Shown in pieces: positions 9,620-17,864 of a DNA stretch of 32,000 bases. Position 1 is the stretch's first letter, and every line of letters starts with the position of its first letter. The position numbers and the translations under genes were made by a program. The stretch comes from Copranaerobaculum intestinale (GTDB taxonomy: Bacteria; Bacillota_I; Bacilli_A; Erysipelotrichales; Erysipelotrichaceae): the NCBI RefSeq assembly GCF_009831105.1, contig NZ_WUUQ01000006.1:62659-94658 (forward strand). Reading direction: 5' to 3'. The notes under the pieces are model-generated. The model did not search any database and was not told the origin of the DNA. It was given only the letters and a program-made list of their open reading frames with translations.

Positions 9620-9644
9620 GAAATCGTAAAAGGAGGAATACCCT

Positions 9645-12062
9645 ATGAAATGTTTAAGTTTTCAGCCTAAAAATAACGACTGCGATTTTGAGCGCATCGC
9701 ACGTTTTCAGAAAGACATGAATATACGTACTGCTACCCTTTGTGCCGAACGTGCCGAGATCATCACGCGTTCGTTTCAGGAAACAGAAGGAGAGCCGATC
9801 GTAATTCGCCGTGCCAAGGCGTTTGCGGATATCTTGAAAGAAATGACCATCTATATTCAGAAAGATTCCTTGATTATCGGCAATCAAGCCTGCCGTAATT
9901 TTGCGGCTCCGGTTTTCCCGGAATATTCCTATGATTGGGTAATTGAGGAAATGGATGAATTTGCGCACCGCAGCGGTGACAGCTTTCAGGTTGATGAAGC
10001 TACGAAACAGCGGCTCCGTGCTTTAGAGGGCTATTGGATCGGCAAGACGCATAAGGATGAAGTATTGAAAAATCTTCCTTTGATCAATCGTGAAGCGGAA
10101 AAACAGAGTGTATTGCATCGGGGCGGCATCAGTATGTCCGGTGACGGCCATATTATCCCTAATCATGATTTTGTGTTGAAATATGGTTTTGGCGGTATGC
10201 GTGATATAGCGAAAGAGAAGCTGACACATGACGATCTTACCGAAGAACAGCGTGATTTTTATCAGGCATCGATACTTGCGATGGAGGGTGCTTTAACGTA
10301 TATCAAGCGTTTTTCTGAGCTGGCGCTTCAGGAAGCAAAGCACTGTACTGATGAAAAACGTGCCAAAGAGCTGGAAGCACTTGGTGAAATGTTTGCGACC
10401 TTCATGGAAGGCGGCGCCCGCAGTTTCCATGAAGCGGTTGAGGCAGTATATATGACACACCTGCTGATGATGATTGAAAGCAATGGACATTCTTTCTCTT
10501 TCGGGCGGTTTGATCAGTATGTCTGGCCGTATTATCAAGCAGATATTGAATCTGGAAAACTCTCAAAAGAGAAAGCGCTGGAAATCATAACGCATTTCTT
10601 TATCATGACAAATTCTTTGAATAAGATTCGTCCATGGGATCATACCCAGTACAGCGGCGGCTATCCGTTGTATTCCAATCTGATGGTCAGCGGCTTAAAG
10701 CCAAACGGAGAGGATGGAACCAATGATATTTCCTACCTGTGTTTAGAAGCGATGAATTTATCCATGCTTCCTGAGCCAAACTTATCTGTACGCTTTCATG
10801 AGCATACTCCGCATTCTTTGATGAAGGATGCGGCGAAGCTGATCCGCAAAGGATTCGGCATGCCTTCAATTTTCTGCGATGAAGTATGCATTCCGGCGAT
10901 GCAGTCACTGGGACTTGATTTAGCGGTAGCCCGCGATTATGCGTCAATGGGCTGTGTCGAAACGGCGATTCCGGGACGCTGGGGACATCGCGCAACCGGC
11001 ATGACCTATGTGAATTTCGGAAAAATTCTGGAGCTTGTCATGAATAATGGTATGGATCCGGAAAGCGGAGTCCAGCTGGTGAAGCTGAACGGTGAACCCG
11101 GCCGTGACATCCACTATGAAAGTTATGAGGAAATCTGGCAGGCTTGGGAAAAGCTGCTTGCGTTCTATACCGGTTTGGCGGTGGACTGCGATCTGGTCTG
11201 TGATCGTTCCTTAAAGTATCATGATGCGGATGCATTTGCTTCCTGTACGGTAAACAGCTCCTTAGCGCGCGGTAAAACCTTGAAAAACGGCGGTGCAGAA
11301 TATGACTATGTATCCAGCTCCAGCATCGGAATGTCGGTGGTCGGCGATTCCTTGGCGGCCATCAAAAAGCTGGTCTTTGAGGACAAGAAACTGACCTTGC
11401 AGCAGATCCGCGATGCGATGGATCACAATTTTGAAGGCCTGGAAGGCGCGAAGATTCGAAAGCTTTGCAAGCAGGCACCGAAATTCGGCAATGATGATGA
11501 CTATGTCGATGAAATTGTTGCGGATGTTTATGAATCCTATCTGAAGCTGCTGCCGAGCTTTAAAACAGATCGTTATGGAAAAGGCCCAATCGGCTGTACC
11601 TATACGATGTCAACATCCAACATCACCTCCTATGTGCCGAACGGCTTTGAAGTAGGGGCAACCCCGGACGGCCGTTTAGCTACCAAACCGCTGAACGAAG
11701 GGGCATCACCTTGCCTAGGCGCTGATAAAGAGGGACCGACGGCTGTGATCAATTCCATTTCCAAGCTGCCTAATAAGCGCATGGCGGGAGGACAGCTGCT
11801 GAATATGCGCTTCTCTCCGAATGCGTTGGACGGTGAAGAAAACTTAGAGAAATTTACCCGGTTCATGGAAGCGGGACGTAACAAGAATATTTTTCATAAT
11901 CAATTTAATATCGTTGACTCGGAAACCTTGAAAAAGGCCAAAGCACATCCGGAAGAATATCCGGATCTGATGGTGAGAGTAGCCGGCTATTGCGCGTTAT
12001 TCTCAACCCTGATGCCGGAAGCGCAGGATGCGATCATCGCACGGACGGAACTGAGCTGGTAA
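9645..12062 (+). CDS. Glycyl radical enzyme, PFL2/eliminase class (YbiW/PflD-like; predicted sugar-phosphate C-O lyase/dehydratase)
   Basis: 805 aa. Glycyl-radical fingerprint RVAGYCALF with Gly781 (GGC at 11985-11987), 24 residues from the C-terminus. The Cys loop MGCVETAIPG has a single thiyl Cys437 (10953-10955) and Glu439, as in GRE eliminases, not the Cys-Cys pair of pyruvate formate-lyase. AGGAGG lies 8 nt before the ATG. Confidence 0.9.
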   Translation: MKCLSFQPKNNDCDFERIARFQKDMNIRTATLCAERAEIITRSFQETEGEPIVIRRAKAFADILKEMTIYIQKDSLIIGNQACRNFAAPVFPEYSYDWVIEEMDEFAHRSGDSFQVDEATKQRLRALEGYWIGKTHKDEVLKNLPLINREAEKQSVLHRGGISMSGDGHIIPNHDFVLKYGFGGMRDIAKEKLTHDDLTEEQRDFYQASILAMEGALTYIKRFSELALQEAKHCTDEKRAKELEALGEMFATFMEGGARSFHEAVEAVYMTHLLMMIESNGHSFSFGRFDQYVWPYYQADIESGKLSKEKALEIITHFFIMTNSLNKIRPWDHTQYSGGYPLYSNLMVSGLKPNGEDGTNDISYLCLEAMNLSMLPEPNLSVRFHEHTPHSLMKDAAKLIRKGFGMPSIFCDEVCIPAMQSLGLDLAVARDYASMGCVETAIPGRWGHRATGMTYVNFGKILELVMNNGMDPESGVQLVKLNGEPGRDIHYESYEEIWQAWEKLLAFYTGLAVDCDLVCDRSLKYHDADAFASCTVNSSLARGKTLKNGGAEYDYVSSSSIGMSVVGDSLAAIKKLVFEDKKLTLQQIRDAMDHNFEGLEGAKIRKLCKQAPKFGNDDDYVDEIVADVYESYLKLLPSFKTDRYGKGPIGCTYTMSTSNITSYVPNGFEVGATPDGRLATKPLNEGASPCLGADKEGPTAVINSISKLPNKRMAGGQLLNMRFSPNALDGEENLEKFTRFMEAGRNKNIFHNQFNIVDSETLKKAKAHPEEYPDLMVRVAGYCALFSTLMPEAQDAIIARTELSW

Positions 12063-12064
12063 GT

Positions 12065-12973
12065 ATGGTACAGGGACGAGTTTCCAAACTCCAGCGTTAT
12101 GCGACCAAGGATGGACCGGGCCTTCGCACGACCGTATTTATGACCGGATGCAACCTTCGCTGTAAATGGTGTGCCAATCCGGAGATGCTGAATGCAAAGG
12201 GCGGTATGTTCTATTATAAGGAACGCTGTCAGCACTGTGGAATTTGTGTCCAGATGGCGGCTTTGGGAACGATCACATTTGCGGAAATCGGATGTGCAAT
12301 CGACCGGGAACACTGCGGTGATCTGGAGCCGATCAAGGACGCTTGTCCGTTTGAAGCTTATGAAAGCACCAGTCAGCTCATGGACTGTGAAACGCTGGTG
12401 CATAAGCTGCTACGGGATCGTGAATTCTATGAGAACAGCAATGGCGGAGTTACCTTCTCCGGCGGAGAAGCCGGACTGCAGGATGATTTTCTGTATGCGT
12501 GTGCCGCCAAGCTGCGCCAAGCGGGCATCCATACCGCTTTGGATACGGCAGGATTGCTGGAGCCTCAAAGATTGTTAAGGCTTTGTCAGGTATTTGATTT
12601 GGTGCTGTATGACATCAAAGCATTTGACGCGGATATTCATAAACGTTGTACCGGTGTTGACAATACTTTGATTTTAGAAAATGCCAAGCTGCTGTGTAAA
12701 CAAAAGATGCCGATGATCGTACGGATGATCGTTGTGCCTGGCATGAATGATGATCCCGCGGACATAACCGCCCGCCTGCAATTCGTGAAATCCTTGGGAT
12801 CAAGTGTGAAACAGGTCGATTTACTGCCTTATCATAACCTTGGCGAAGGAAAATATGATAAACTTGGTATGACATATGAATTACATGATATTGGAAAAAT
12901 GAGTGATGAACGCATGGAAGCCATCAAGCAGGAAGGTCAAAAGCTCGGCCTGCATATGACGATCGGCGGATAA
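12065..12973 (+). CDS. Glycyl-radical enzyme activating enzyme (radical SAM)
   Basis: GPGLRTTVFMTGCNLRCKWCANPE carries the CX3CX2C radical-SAM cluster. The extra Cys-rich ferredoxin-like insert (CQHCGIC ... DACPFEA) is typical of non-PFL GRE activases. The ATG at 12065 is 2 nt after the GRE stop; the ORF-track start at 11990 lies inside the GRE gene. Confidence 0.9.
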   Translation: MVQGRVSKLQRYATKDGPGLRTTVFMTGCNLRCKWCANPEMLNAKGGMFYYKERCQHCGICVQMAALGTITFAEIGCAIDREHCGDLEPIKDACPFEAYESTSQLMDCETLVHKLLRDREFYENSNGGVTFSGGEAGLQDDFLYACAAKLRQAGIHTALDTAGLLEPQRLLRLCQVFDLVLYDIKAFDADIHKRCTGVDNTLILENAKLLCKQKMPMIVRMIVVPGMNDDPADITARLQFVKSLGSSVKQVDLLPYHNLGEGKYDKLGMTYELHDIGKMSDERMEAIKQEGQKLGLHMTIGG

Positions 12974-12988
12974 CTGGAGGGAATGGAC

Positions 12989-13663
12989 ATGAAATTATTA
13001 TTGGATACAGCGAATTTAGAAGACATCAAAGAGGGGATGGAGTACTATCCCATGATCGGCGTTACGACGAATCCTTCGATCTTAGCGAAAAGCGGCGAGC
13101 CGATGTTTGACCATCTGCGGAAAATCCGTCAGATCATCGGCAGAGATAAGCTGTTATTTGCCCAGGTAATGGGTGAAACCTATGAGGAAATGATGGCGGA
13201 TGCGAAACGCATGGTGGAAGAGGTCGATGAGGATCTGCACATCAAGGTGCCGATGACGCAGGAGGGCCTGAAAGCGATCAAGGCGATGAAAGCCCAGGGC
13301 TATAAAGTGCTGGCCACAGCGGTATTCTCTGCCCAGCAAGCGATGCTTGCGGGAGCGGCCGGAGCCGATTTTGTCGCACCGTATATCTCCCGGATGATGC
13401 AGGCGGGCATGGATGCCTATGCGATCATTGAGGAGATTGCGATCGCCTATGAAGAACACAGCATCGAAACCAAGATCATTGCGGCCTCTTTTAAGCATAG
13501 TGTGCAGGTTGAAAAATGTATTTTGGCAGGTTCTCCTTACATTACCGCTACGCTGCCGATCTATAAGCAGATGCTGGCAGAACCGCTGACCGATGTTGCG
13601 GTCAAAGGATTTCAGAGTGACTGGCAGAATGCTTTTGATGGCGTGCTGCCGCACAAAATGTAA
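12989..13663 (+). CDS. fsa: Fructose-6-phosphate aldolase-type (Fsa/TalC subfamily 5 transaldolase-fold) enzyme
   Basis: MKLLLDTANLEDIKE...GVTTNPSI N-terminus. Schiff-base Lys in HIKVP (Lys86, AAG at 13244-13246). APY motif with Tyr132 (TAT at 13382-13384), where true transaldolases have SPF. Lys86 and Tyr132 have the same spacing as E. coli FsaA Lys85 and Tyr131. GGAGGGA sits 7 nt before the ATG at 12989; the ATG at 12983 is too close to the SD. Confidence 0.85.
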   Translation: MKLLLDTANLEDIKEGMEYYPMIGVTTNPSILAKSGEPMFDHLRKIRQIIGRDKLLFAQVMGETYEEMMADAKRMVEEVDEDLHIKVPMTQEGLKAIKAMKAQGYKVLATAVFSAQQAMLAGAAGADFVAPYISRMMQAGMDAYAIIEEIAIAYEEHSIETKIIAASFKHSVQVEKCILAGSPYITATLPIYKQMLAEPLTDVAVKGFQSDWQNAFDGVLPHKM

Positions 13664-13670
13664 CAGCTAA

Positions 13671-13709
13671 AACGGCAGGATGTCAAAAAGTGACATCAGC
13701 CGTTTTTTT
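13671..13709 (+). terminator. Rho-independent terminator of the GRE-activase-aldolase operon
   Basis: AACGGCAGGATGTCA-aaaag-TGACATCAGCCGTT (one bulge) followed by TTTTTTT. Confidence 0.8.
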
Positions 13710-13715
13710 ATATTC

Positions 13716-13745
13716 TTGTAGTCGGTAAAAAAAGCGTGCTATAAT
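13716..13745 (+). promoter_or_regulatory. SigmaA-type promoter for the LevR-like regulator
   Basis: TTGTAG (13716-13721), 18 nt, then TGc-TATAAT (extended -10; TATAAT at 13740-13745). It lies about 40 nt before the ATG at 13787. Confidence 0.5.
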
Positions 13746-13786
13746 GCAGATACAAAAATTTGATACACGAGCGGAGGACGGTCGAT

Positions 13787-16492
13787 ATGAAAAATGAAGA
13801 GAAAATCTATCTGGGCCTGTGTGAGCTGAGTGAAAAAGCAATTGCTTCATTGAGCGACGGCGTTACCACCAGTGAATTGGCAGATCATTTAAAAATGGAT
13901 CGGACTCTGGTTTCCCGCCACTTGGGAGTGCTGGTACAAGCAGGAAAAGCGGTAAAAGCAGGAAGCAAACCGATTTATTACCGCAGTTCTTCCAGCGTTC
14001 CCGCTTCCGATGCAGTGAAAACCGATGTTTTTGCCCAGCTGATCGGTTTTAACGGTTCGCTGTTGACCGCGGTAGAGCAGTGTAAATCCTCGGTGCTGTA
14101 TCCCAATGGCGGACTGCCGCTTTTGATTACCGGCTCCAGCGGTGTCGGCAAGAGTTATCTGGCCAACCTGATTTTTGAATATGCAAAGAATGAGGGAATC
14201 ATTGAAAAGGATGCAAAATGTGTGATCTTTAACTGCGCTGATTACGCCAACAACAAGGAGCTGCTTTCCAGTAAGCTGTTCGGTTATAAAAAAGGAACCT
14301 TTACCGGAGCGGATGAAGATAATGATGGTGTGATCGCGCTGGCCGACGGCGGTTATCTCTTTTTGGATGAAGTACACCGGTTGTCTCCCGAGGGTCAGGA
14401 AAAGCTGTTCCTGCTGCTGGATAAGGGAATTTATCAGCGCATGGGTGATAAAAATTATCAAAGTGTGCAGGTACGAGTGATCGCGGCAACAACCGAGGAT
14501 CCGAAAACTGCCCTGATCGACACTTTTCTGCGCCGGATCCCGATTCAGGTGCATCTGCCTGATTTTGCATCGCGAAACATCAGTGAGCGGCTGGAGTTGA
14601 TACAGCTGTTTTATGCCCAGGAGAGTCAGACCTTTCATAAGTCGATTCGAATATCAAAGAAGGTTGTGAACTACCTTTTATCCTGCGCGCTGCTTGGCAA
14701 TATCGGTGCGCTTCGCAATATCATCAAGGTGAGCTGTGCCAACGCTTCACGCAAAAATCGGGAAGCGCTGGTGCAAGTGGATATTGAAGATATTGCCCGG
14801 GAGCTTCCTCAGCATGTCGAAGTGCATGAGTTCACCAGCGCCGATTTAGAAATCGGCAGCAGCTTCGCAAGATCGCCGATCACGCCTTCCTCACTTCCGA
14901 ATGTGAAGGAGGTCATTGATATCATTACCGATATTTACGAACAGCTGAAAGCATGTCAGCGGCTCGCCATCAGTGAAGAGGAAGTAGAAAAATGCATTCG
15001 TTTGGATGTGAACCGTATTTCTGACGTGCTGTATTTTCATTCTAATAACAATGCCCAATCACTGTACTATTCATTATTCGCAACCCATGTGGAAAACGGC
15101 CTGAAGCTGTTGGAAAAGACATACGGCTTGAAATATTATGGCAATACGGTGAAAACCTTAAGCAGTGTATTAAATACCTTCAGTAAGGAACCGCTGTTTC
15201 AAAGCGATGAATATGTAGCGCTGTACCGCAAGACTTTAGAGTTGATCAAACATCGCAGCTATAAATATAATTTCGTTACCAACCGACTGCTGGAATATCT
15301 GCGCGATTCCTTTCATTATCAGTACGGAGTTTTAGAAGAGCTGTATTTGACGCTGTATATTTATTCATCGGTAGTCGATCATCACAGCGATATCAATGCA
15401 ATCATCGTGGCTCACGGGTATTCTACCGCGAGCAGTATCGCCTCGGTCGTCAATCAGATGCACAGCAATTATATCTTTGAATCGTTTGATATGCCGATCG
15501 ATATGGAACCGCAGGATATCGTTAAGGAAATCTGCGAATACGCAAAGCACTTAAATAAGGATAAGGATACGATATTCTTAGTGGATATGGGTTCGCTGTT
15601 TGAAATCTACTCATTGGTCAAGGACAGCTTTAACGGTGAAATGGTTGTTATTAACAACATTACGACGCAGCTGGCTCTGGGGGTGGGAAGCATGATCAAT
15701 CAGGGCCGCAGTCTGATTGATATCGTGGACAGTGTTGTGCGGGACTGCTCGATCAAATACAAGTATTTTGAACGCAAGGGCAAAAAGCGGGCAATCGTCA
15801 CTACCTGCGCATCCGGAATCGGCATTGCCAATAAAATACGCGATATGATTAAAAAGTGTGTGGCCGGAGAGAAACAGAATATTGAAATAATTTCCTGTGA
15901 TTATTTCACCCTGAAAAATATGGGCCGCAACAGTGAAATATTTAAAAAATATGATGTGCAGCTGATTATCTCGACCTTAGGCTTAACCATCGAGGGTGTA
16001 TCTACTATTTTATTTTCTGATTTGTTCTCCCAGAAAAATGAAGAACGAGTACGGGATGTATTCGCAAAGCTGTACGGAGAAGAGAACCTGCATCAGATCA
16101 TCAACAATCTCATGAAGATGCTGACGCTGGAAAATATCATTTCCCGCTTGATCATATTGAATCCCAACCGAGTGATCGAAAATGTCGATGCGATCCTCAG
16201 CGACATTGAAAACTGCTTTGCTTATCAGCTTGATTCCAGTTTAAAGCTGACGCTATACATTCATATCGCGATCATGCTGGAACGGTGTATCCTATCCCGT
16301 AACGAGCTGCAGGAGCAGCCCTACAGCGGGAAAGAAAGCGTTGCGGATATCAATAAGATGCGCCGTATCTTTGAAAAACAGCTGACAGACTTCGAAGTAC
16401 ATATTCCCGATCATGAGCTTGCCCTTGTTTTAAGTATCATCAAGGAGTATGACAACACTGCGGCAGCTTCGTTATCGGATGAGGATGAATAA
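13787..16492 (+). CDS. Sigma54-dependent transcriptional activator with PTS regulation domains (LevR family)
   Basis: N-terminal wHTH. AAA+ module with Walker A GSSGVGKS, Walker B GGYLFLDEVHRL and a sigma54-contact loop GTFTGA (14294-14311). PRD1. EIIA(Man)-like domain IIVAHGYSTASS (His543). EIIB(Gat)-like domain VTTCASGIG (Cys674). PRD2 LTLYIHIAIMLER (His826). The ATG at 13787 has GGAGG 9 nt upstream; the ORF-track start at 13760 is a TTG. Confidence 0.9.
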   Translation: MKNEEKIYLGLCELSEKAIASLSDGVTTSELADHLKMDRTLVSRHLGVLVQAGKAVKAGSKPIYYRSSSSVPASDAVKTDVFAQLIGFNGSLLTAVEQCKSSVLYPNGGLPLLITGSSGVGKSYLANLIFEYAKNEGIIEKDAKCVIFNCADYANNKELLSSKLFGYKKGTFTGADEDNDGVIALADGGYLFLDEVHRLSPEGQEKLFLLLDKGIYQRMGDKNYQSVQVRVIAATTEDPKTALIDTFLRRIPIQVHLPDFASRNISERLELIQLFYAQESQTFHKSIRISKKVVNYLLSCALLGNIGALRNIIKVSCANASRKNREALVQVDIEDIARELPQHVEVHEFTSADLEIGSSFARSPITPSSLPNVKEVIDIITDIYEQLKACQRLAISEEEVEKCIRLDVNRISDVLYFHSNNNAQSLYYSLFATHVENGLKLLEKTYGLKYYGNTVKTLSSVLNTFSKEPLFQSDEYVALYRKTLELIKHRSYKYNFVTNRLLEYLRDSFHYQYGVLEELYLTLYIYSSVVDHHSDINAIIVAHGYSTASSIASVVNQMHSNYIFESFDMPIDMEPQDIVKEICEYAKHLNKDKDTIFLVDMGSLFEIYSLVKDSFNGEMVVINNITTQLALGVGSMINQGRSLIDIVDSVVRDCSIKYKYFERKGKKRAIVTTCASGIGIANKIRDMIKKCVAGEKQNIEIISCDYFTLKNMGRNSEIFKKYDVQLIISTLGLTIEGVSTILFSDLFSQKNEERVRDVFAKLYGEENLHQIINNLMKMLTLENIISRLIILNPNRVIENVDAILSDIENCFAYQLDSSLKLTLYIHIAIMLERCILSRNELQEQPYSGKESVADINKMRRIFEKQLTDFEVHIPDHELALVLSIIKEYDNTAAASLSDEDE

Positions 16493-16513
16493 TGTCACAC
16501 ATAATCTATTAAG

Positions 16514-16552
16514 CTGTCACAGATGATGAAAAGTGATGTTTATCTGTGACAG
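16514..16552. promoter_or_regulatory. 9-bp perfect inverted repeat CTGTCACAG-N21-CTGTGACAG: candidate enhancer (UAS) for the LevR-like activator
   Basis: Read directly from the sequence. Its centre is about 95 nt upstream of the predicted sigma54 start site. A further half-site, TGTCAC, is at 16494-16499. It could instead fold as a hairpin at the 3' end of the regulator mRNA. Confidence 0.45.
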
Positions 16553-16563
16553 GTAATGAAAAA

Positions 16564-16586
16564 AGACCGATAAAATCGGCCTTTTT
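16564..16586 (+). terminator. Small terminator hairpin after the regulator gene
   Basis: AGACCGAT-aaa-ATCGGCCT (one A.C mismatch) followed by TTTTT. Confidence 0.45.
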
Positions 16587-16602
16587 CATCTTTTCAGCGA
16601 GT

Positions 16603-16618
16603 TGGCATGTTTTTTGCT
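16603..16618 (+). promoter_or_regulatory. Sigma54 (-24/-12) promoter of the PTS operon
   Basis: TGGCATGTTTTTTGCT. GG is at 16604-16605 and GC at 16616-16617, which is exactly the consensus TGGCAC-N5-TTGCW spacing. It lies about 28 nt upstream of the EIIA ATG and directly downstream of a sigma54 activator gene. Confidence 0.8.
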
Positions 16619-16645
16619 TCAATATAGGCAGAAAGGAGAAATTCT

Positions 16646-17062
16646 ATGTACAGTATCATCGTTATGAGCCATGGGGACATGGCAAACGGGCTGAAAGACA
16701 CGATGATGATGATCCTCGGGGAACAGGAGGATATCTATTTTATCAGTTTCACGCCAAGTGACAGTATCGAGGATTTTCGTAAACGGGTAAATGTTATTTA
16801 TCATTCGATCGAGGAAGACAGACAGGTGCTGTTTCTTACCGATCTATACGGGGGAACACCCAACCATGTGGCAACCGCTATGAAAATCGCTGAGCCGGGT
16901 CGAGTAGAGGTGCTCAGCGGCGTGAATATGCCTTTACTGATGGAAGCAACATTAGGAAAAGCGAAAGTTCTGAGTGACATTGTCGAGCACTTATTAGAGC
17001 AGGGACGCGGAGGCATGATCCGCATTGAGCCTGCCCTTGATCAAAACGAAGAGGATGAATAA
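16646..17062 (+). CDS. PTS mannose/sorbose-family EIIA component
   Basis: 138 aa. MYSIIVMSHGDMANG carries the phosphorylatable His9 in the canonical position. GGAGA lies 7 nt upstream. Confidence 0.9.
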   Translation: MYSIIVMSHGDMANGLKDTMMMILGEQEDIYFISFTPSDSIEDFRKRVNVIYHSIEEDRQVLFLTDLYGGTPNHVATAMKIAEPGRVEVLSGVNMPLLMEATLGKAKVLSDIVEHLLEQGRGGMIRIEPALDQNEEDE

Positions 17063-17081
17063 TTAAGAAGGAGGAAGTTTC

Positions 17082-17864
17082 ATGGAAATTTCATTTTTGC
17101 AGATCATCTTGTTATCTGCATATGGTTTCATCGCTATCTGGGATGACTTGAATCCCGGATTCAAATTAGGTAAACCGGTTGTTGCCGGAATGTTTGCCGG
17201 TCTCATCATGGGTGATATCCAAATGGGTCTGTTGGTCGGCGGTACGCTGCAGCTGATGATTCTGGGTGTCGGCACATATGGCGGTGCATCCATTCCCGAT
17301 TATATGACCGGTGCCGTAGTAGGTACTGCCTTCGCAGTTTCTTCCGGAAAAGGTCTGGAGTATGCGCTGGCAATCGCTGTTCCGGTGGGGCTGTTGATGG
17401 TTCAGCTGGATGTATTGGGAAGATTTTGTAATACTTATTTCCAACATATGGCGGATAAAGGCGCTGAGCAGCGCAACTACCGCAAGGTGGAACTGGGCAA
17501 TGTGCTCGGTATGATTCCCTGGGGGCTGTCCCGTGCCCTGCCGATATTCCTGGCACTGTTCTTCGGACAGGATATTGTAAAAACTTTACTGGATAATTCT
17601 CCTGAATGGCTGATGAACGGCTTAAAGACAGCCGGCGGTCTGCTGCCTGCGTTAGGTATTGCCATTCTGCTGCGCTACATGCCGTTAAAGACATACTGGA
17701 TGTATGCCATTGCCGGCTTCGTAGCTGCTACGTATTTGAAGGTGCCGATGCTGGGTGTAGCCCTTGTCGGTCTGGTTGCTGCCGGCGTTGCTTACGCACG
17801 TTCGGATGAACCGGCGGTGTCAGCTGTAGTAAATGAAGGAGGTACGATCGAAGATGATGAATAA
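17082..17864 (+). CDS. PTS mannose/sorbose-family EIIC component
   Basis: 260-aa polytopic membrane protein with family-typical sequence (ILLSAYGFIA..., GTLQLMILGV, LLPALGIAILL). GAAGGAGG lies upstream. Confidence 0.9.
   Translation: MEISFLQIILLSAYGFIAIWDDLNPGFKLGKPVVAGMFAGLIMGDIQMGLLVGGTLQLMILGVGTYGGASIPDYMTGAVVGTAFAVSSGKGLEYALAIAVPVGLLMVQLDVLGRFCNTYFQHMADKGAEQRNYRKVELGNVLGMIPWGLSRALPIFLALFFGQDIVKTLLDNSPEWLMNGLKTAGGLLPALGIAILLRYMPLKTYWMYAIAGFVAATYLKVPMLGVALVGLVAAGVAYARSDEPAVSAVVNEGGTIEDDE

Noticed and set aside
9617-9632. CcpA cre-like site TGAAATCGTAAAAG just upstream of the GRE start
   Set aside because: It matches only the left half (TGAAA.CG) of the cre consensus. The right half lacks the required C/A positions, and the site overlaps the SD.
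9365-9644. A sigma54 promoter or a copy of the CTGTCACAG inverted repeat upstream of the GRE operon
   Set aside because: I scanned the region by eye on both strands and found no TGGCA-N7-TGC-type element. Only an isolated TGACAG hexamer is present (9411-9416), which is expected by chance and is better explained as the hutH -35.
9645-12062. Calling the 805-aa GRE a pyruvate formate-lyase (PflB/TdcE type)
   Set aside because: The active-site loop is GCVE (a single Cys plus Glu two residues later), not the adjacent Cys-Cys pair of formate-lyases. The N-terminal architecture is the PFL2 type. The operon partner is an aldolase, not the genes expected in a pyruvate/formate metabolic context.
11990-12064. 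Long N-terminal extension of the activase (ORF-track start at 11990)
   Set aside because: It would overlap the last 73 nt of the GRE gene in another frame. The conserved activase N-terminus (…RYATKDGPGLRT…CNLRCKWC) begins right after the ATG at 12065.
12989-13663. Calling the 224-aa protein a transaldolase
   Set aside because: The residue following the conserved (S/A)P is Tyr (APY, Tyr132), not the Phe of SPF found in true transaldolases. From established mutational work on TalB and FsaA, this Tyr is the aldolase determinant. I therefore call it Fsa-type, pending a real alignment.
13889-14638. 249-aa minus-strand ORF opposite the LevR-like gene
   Set aside because: It lies entirely within the AAA+ domain coding region, whose Walker A/B motifs are unambiguous on the plus strand. 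The antisense translation has no recognisable motif.
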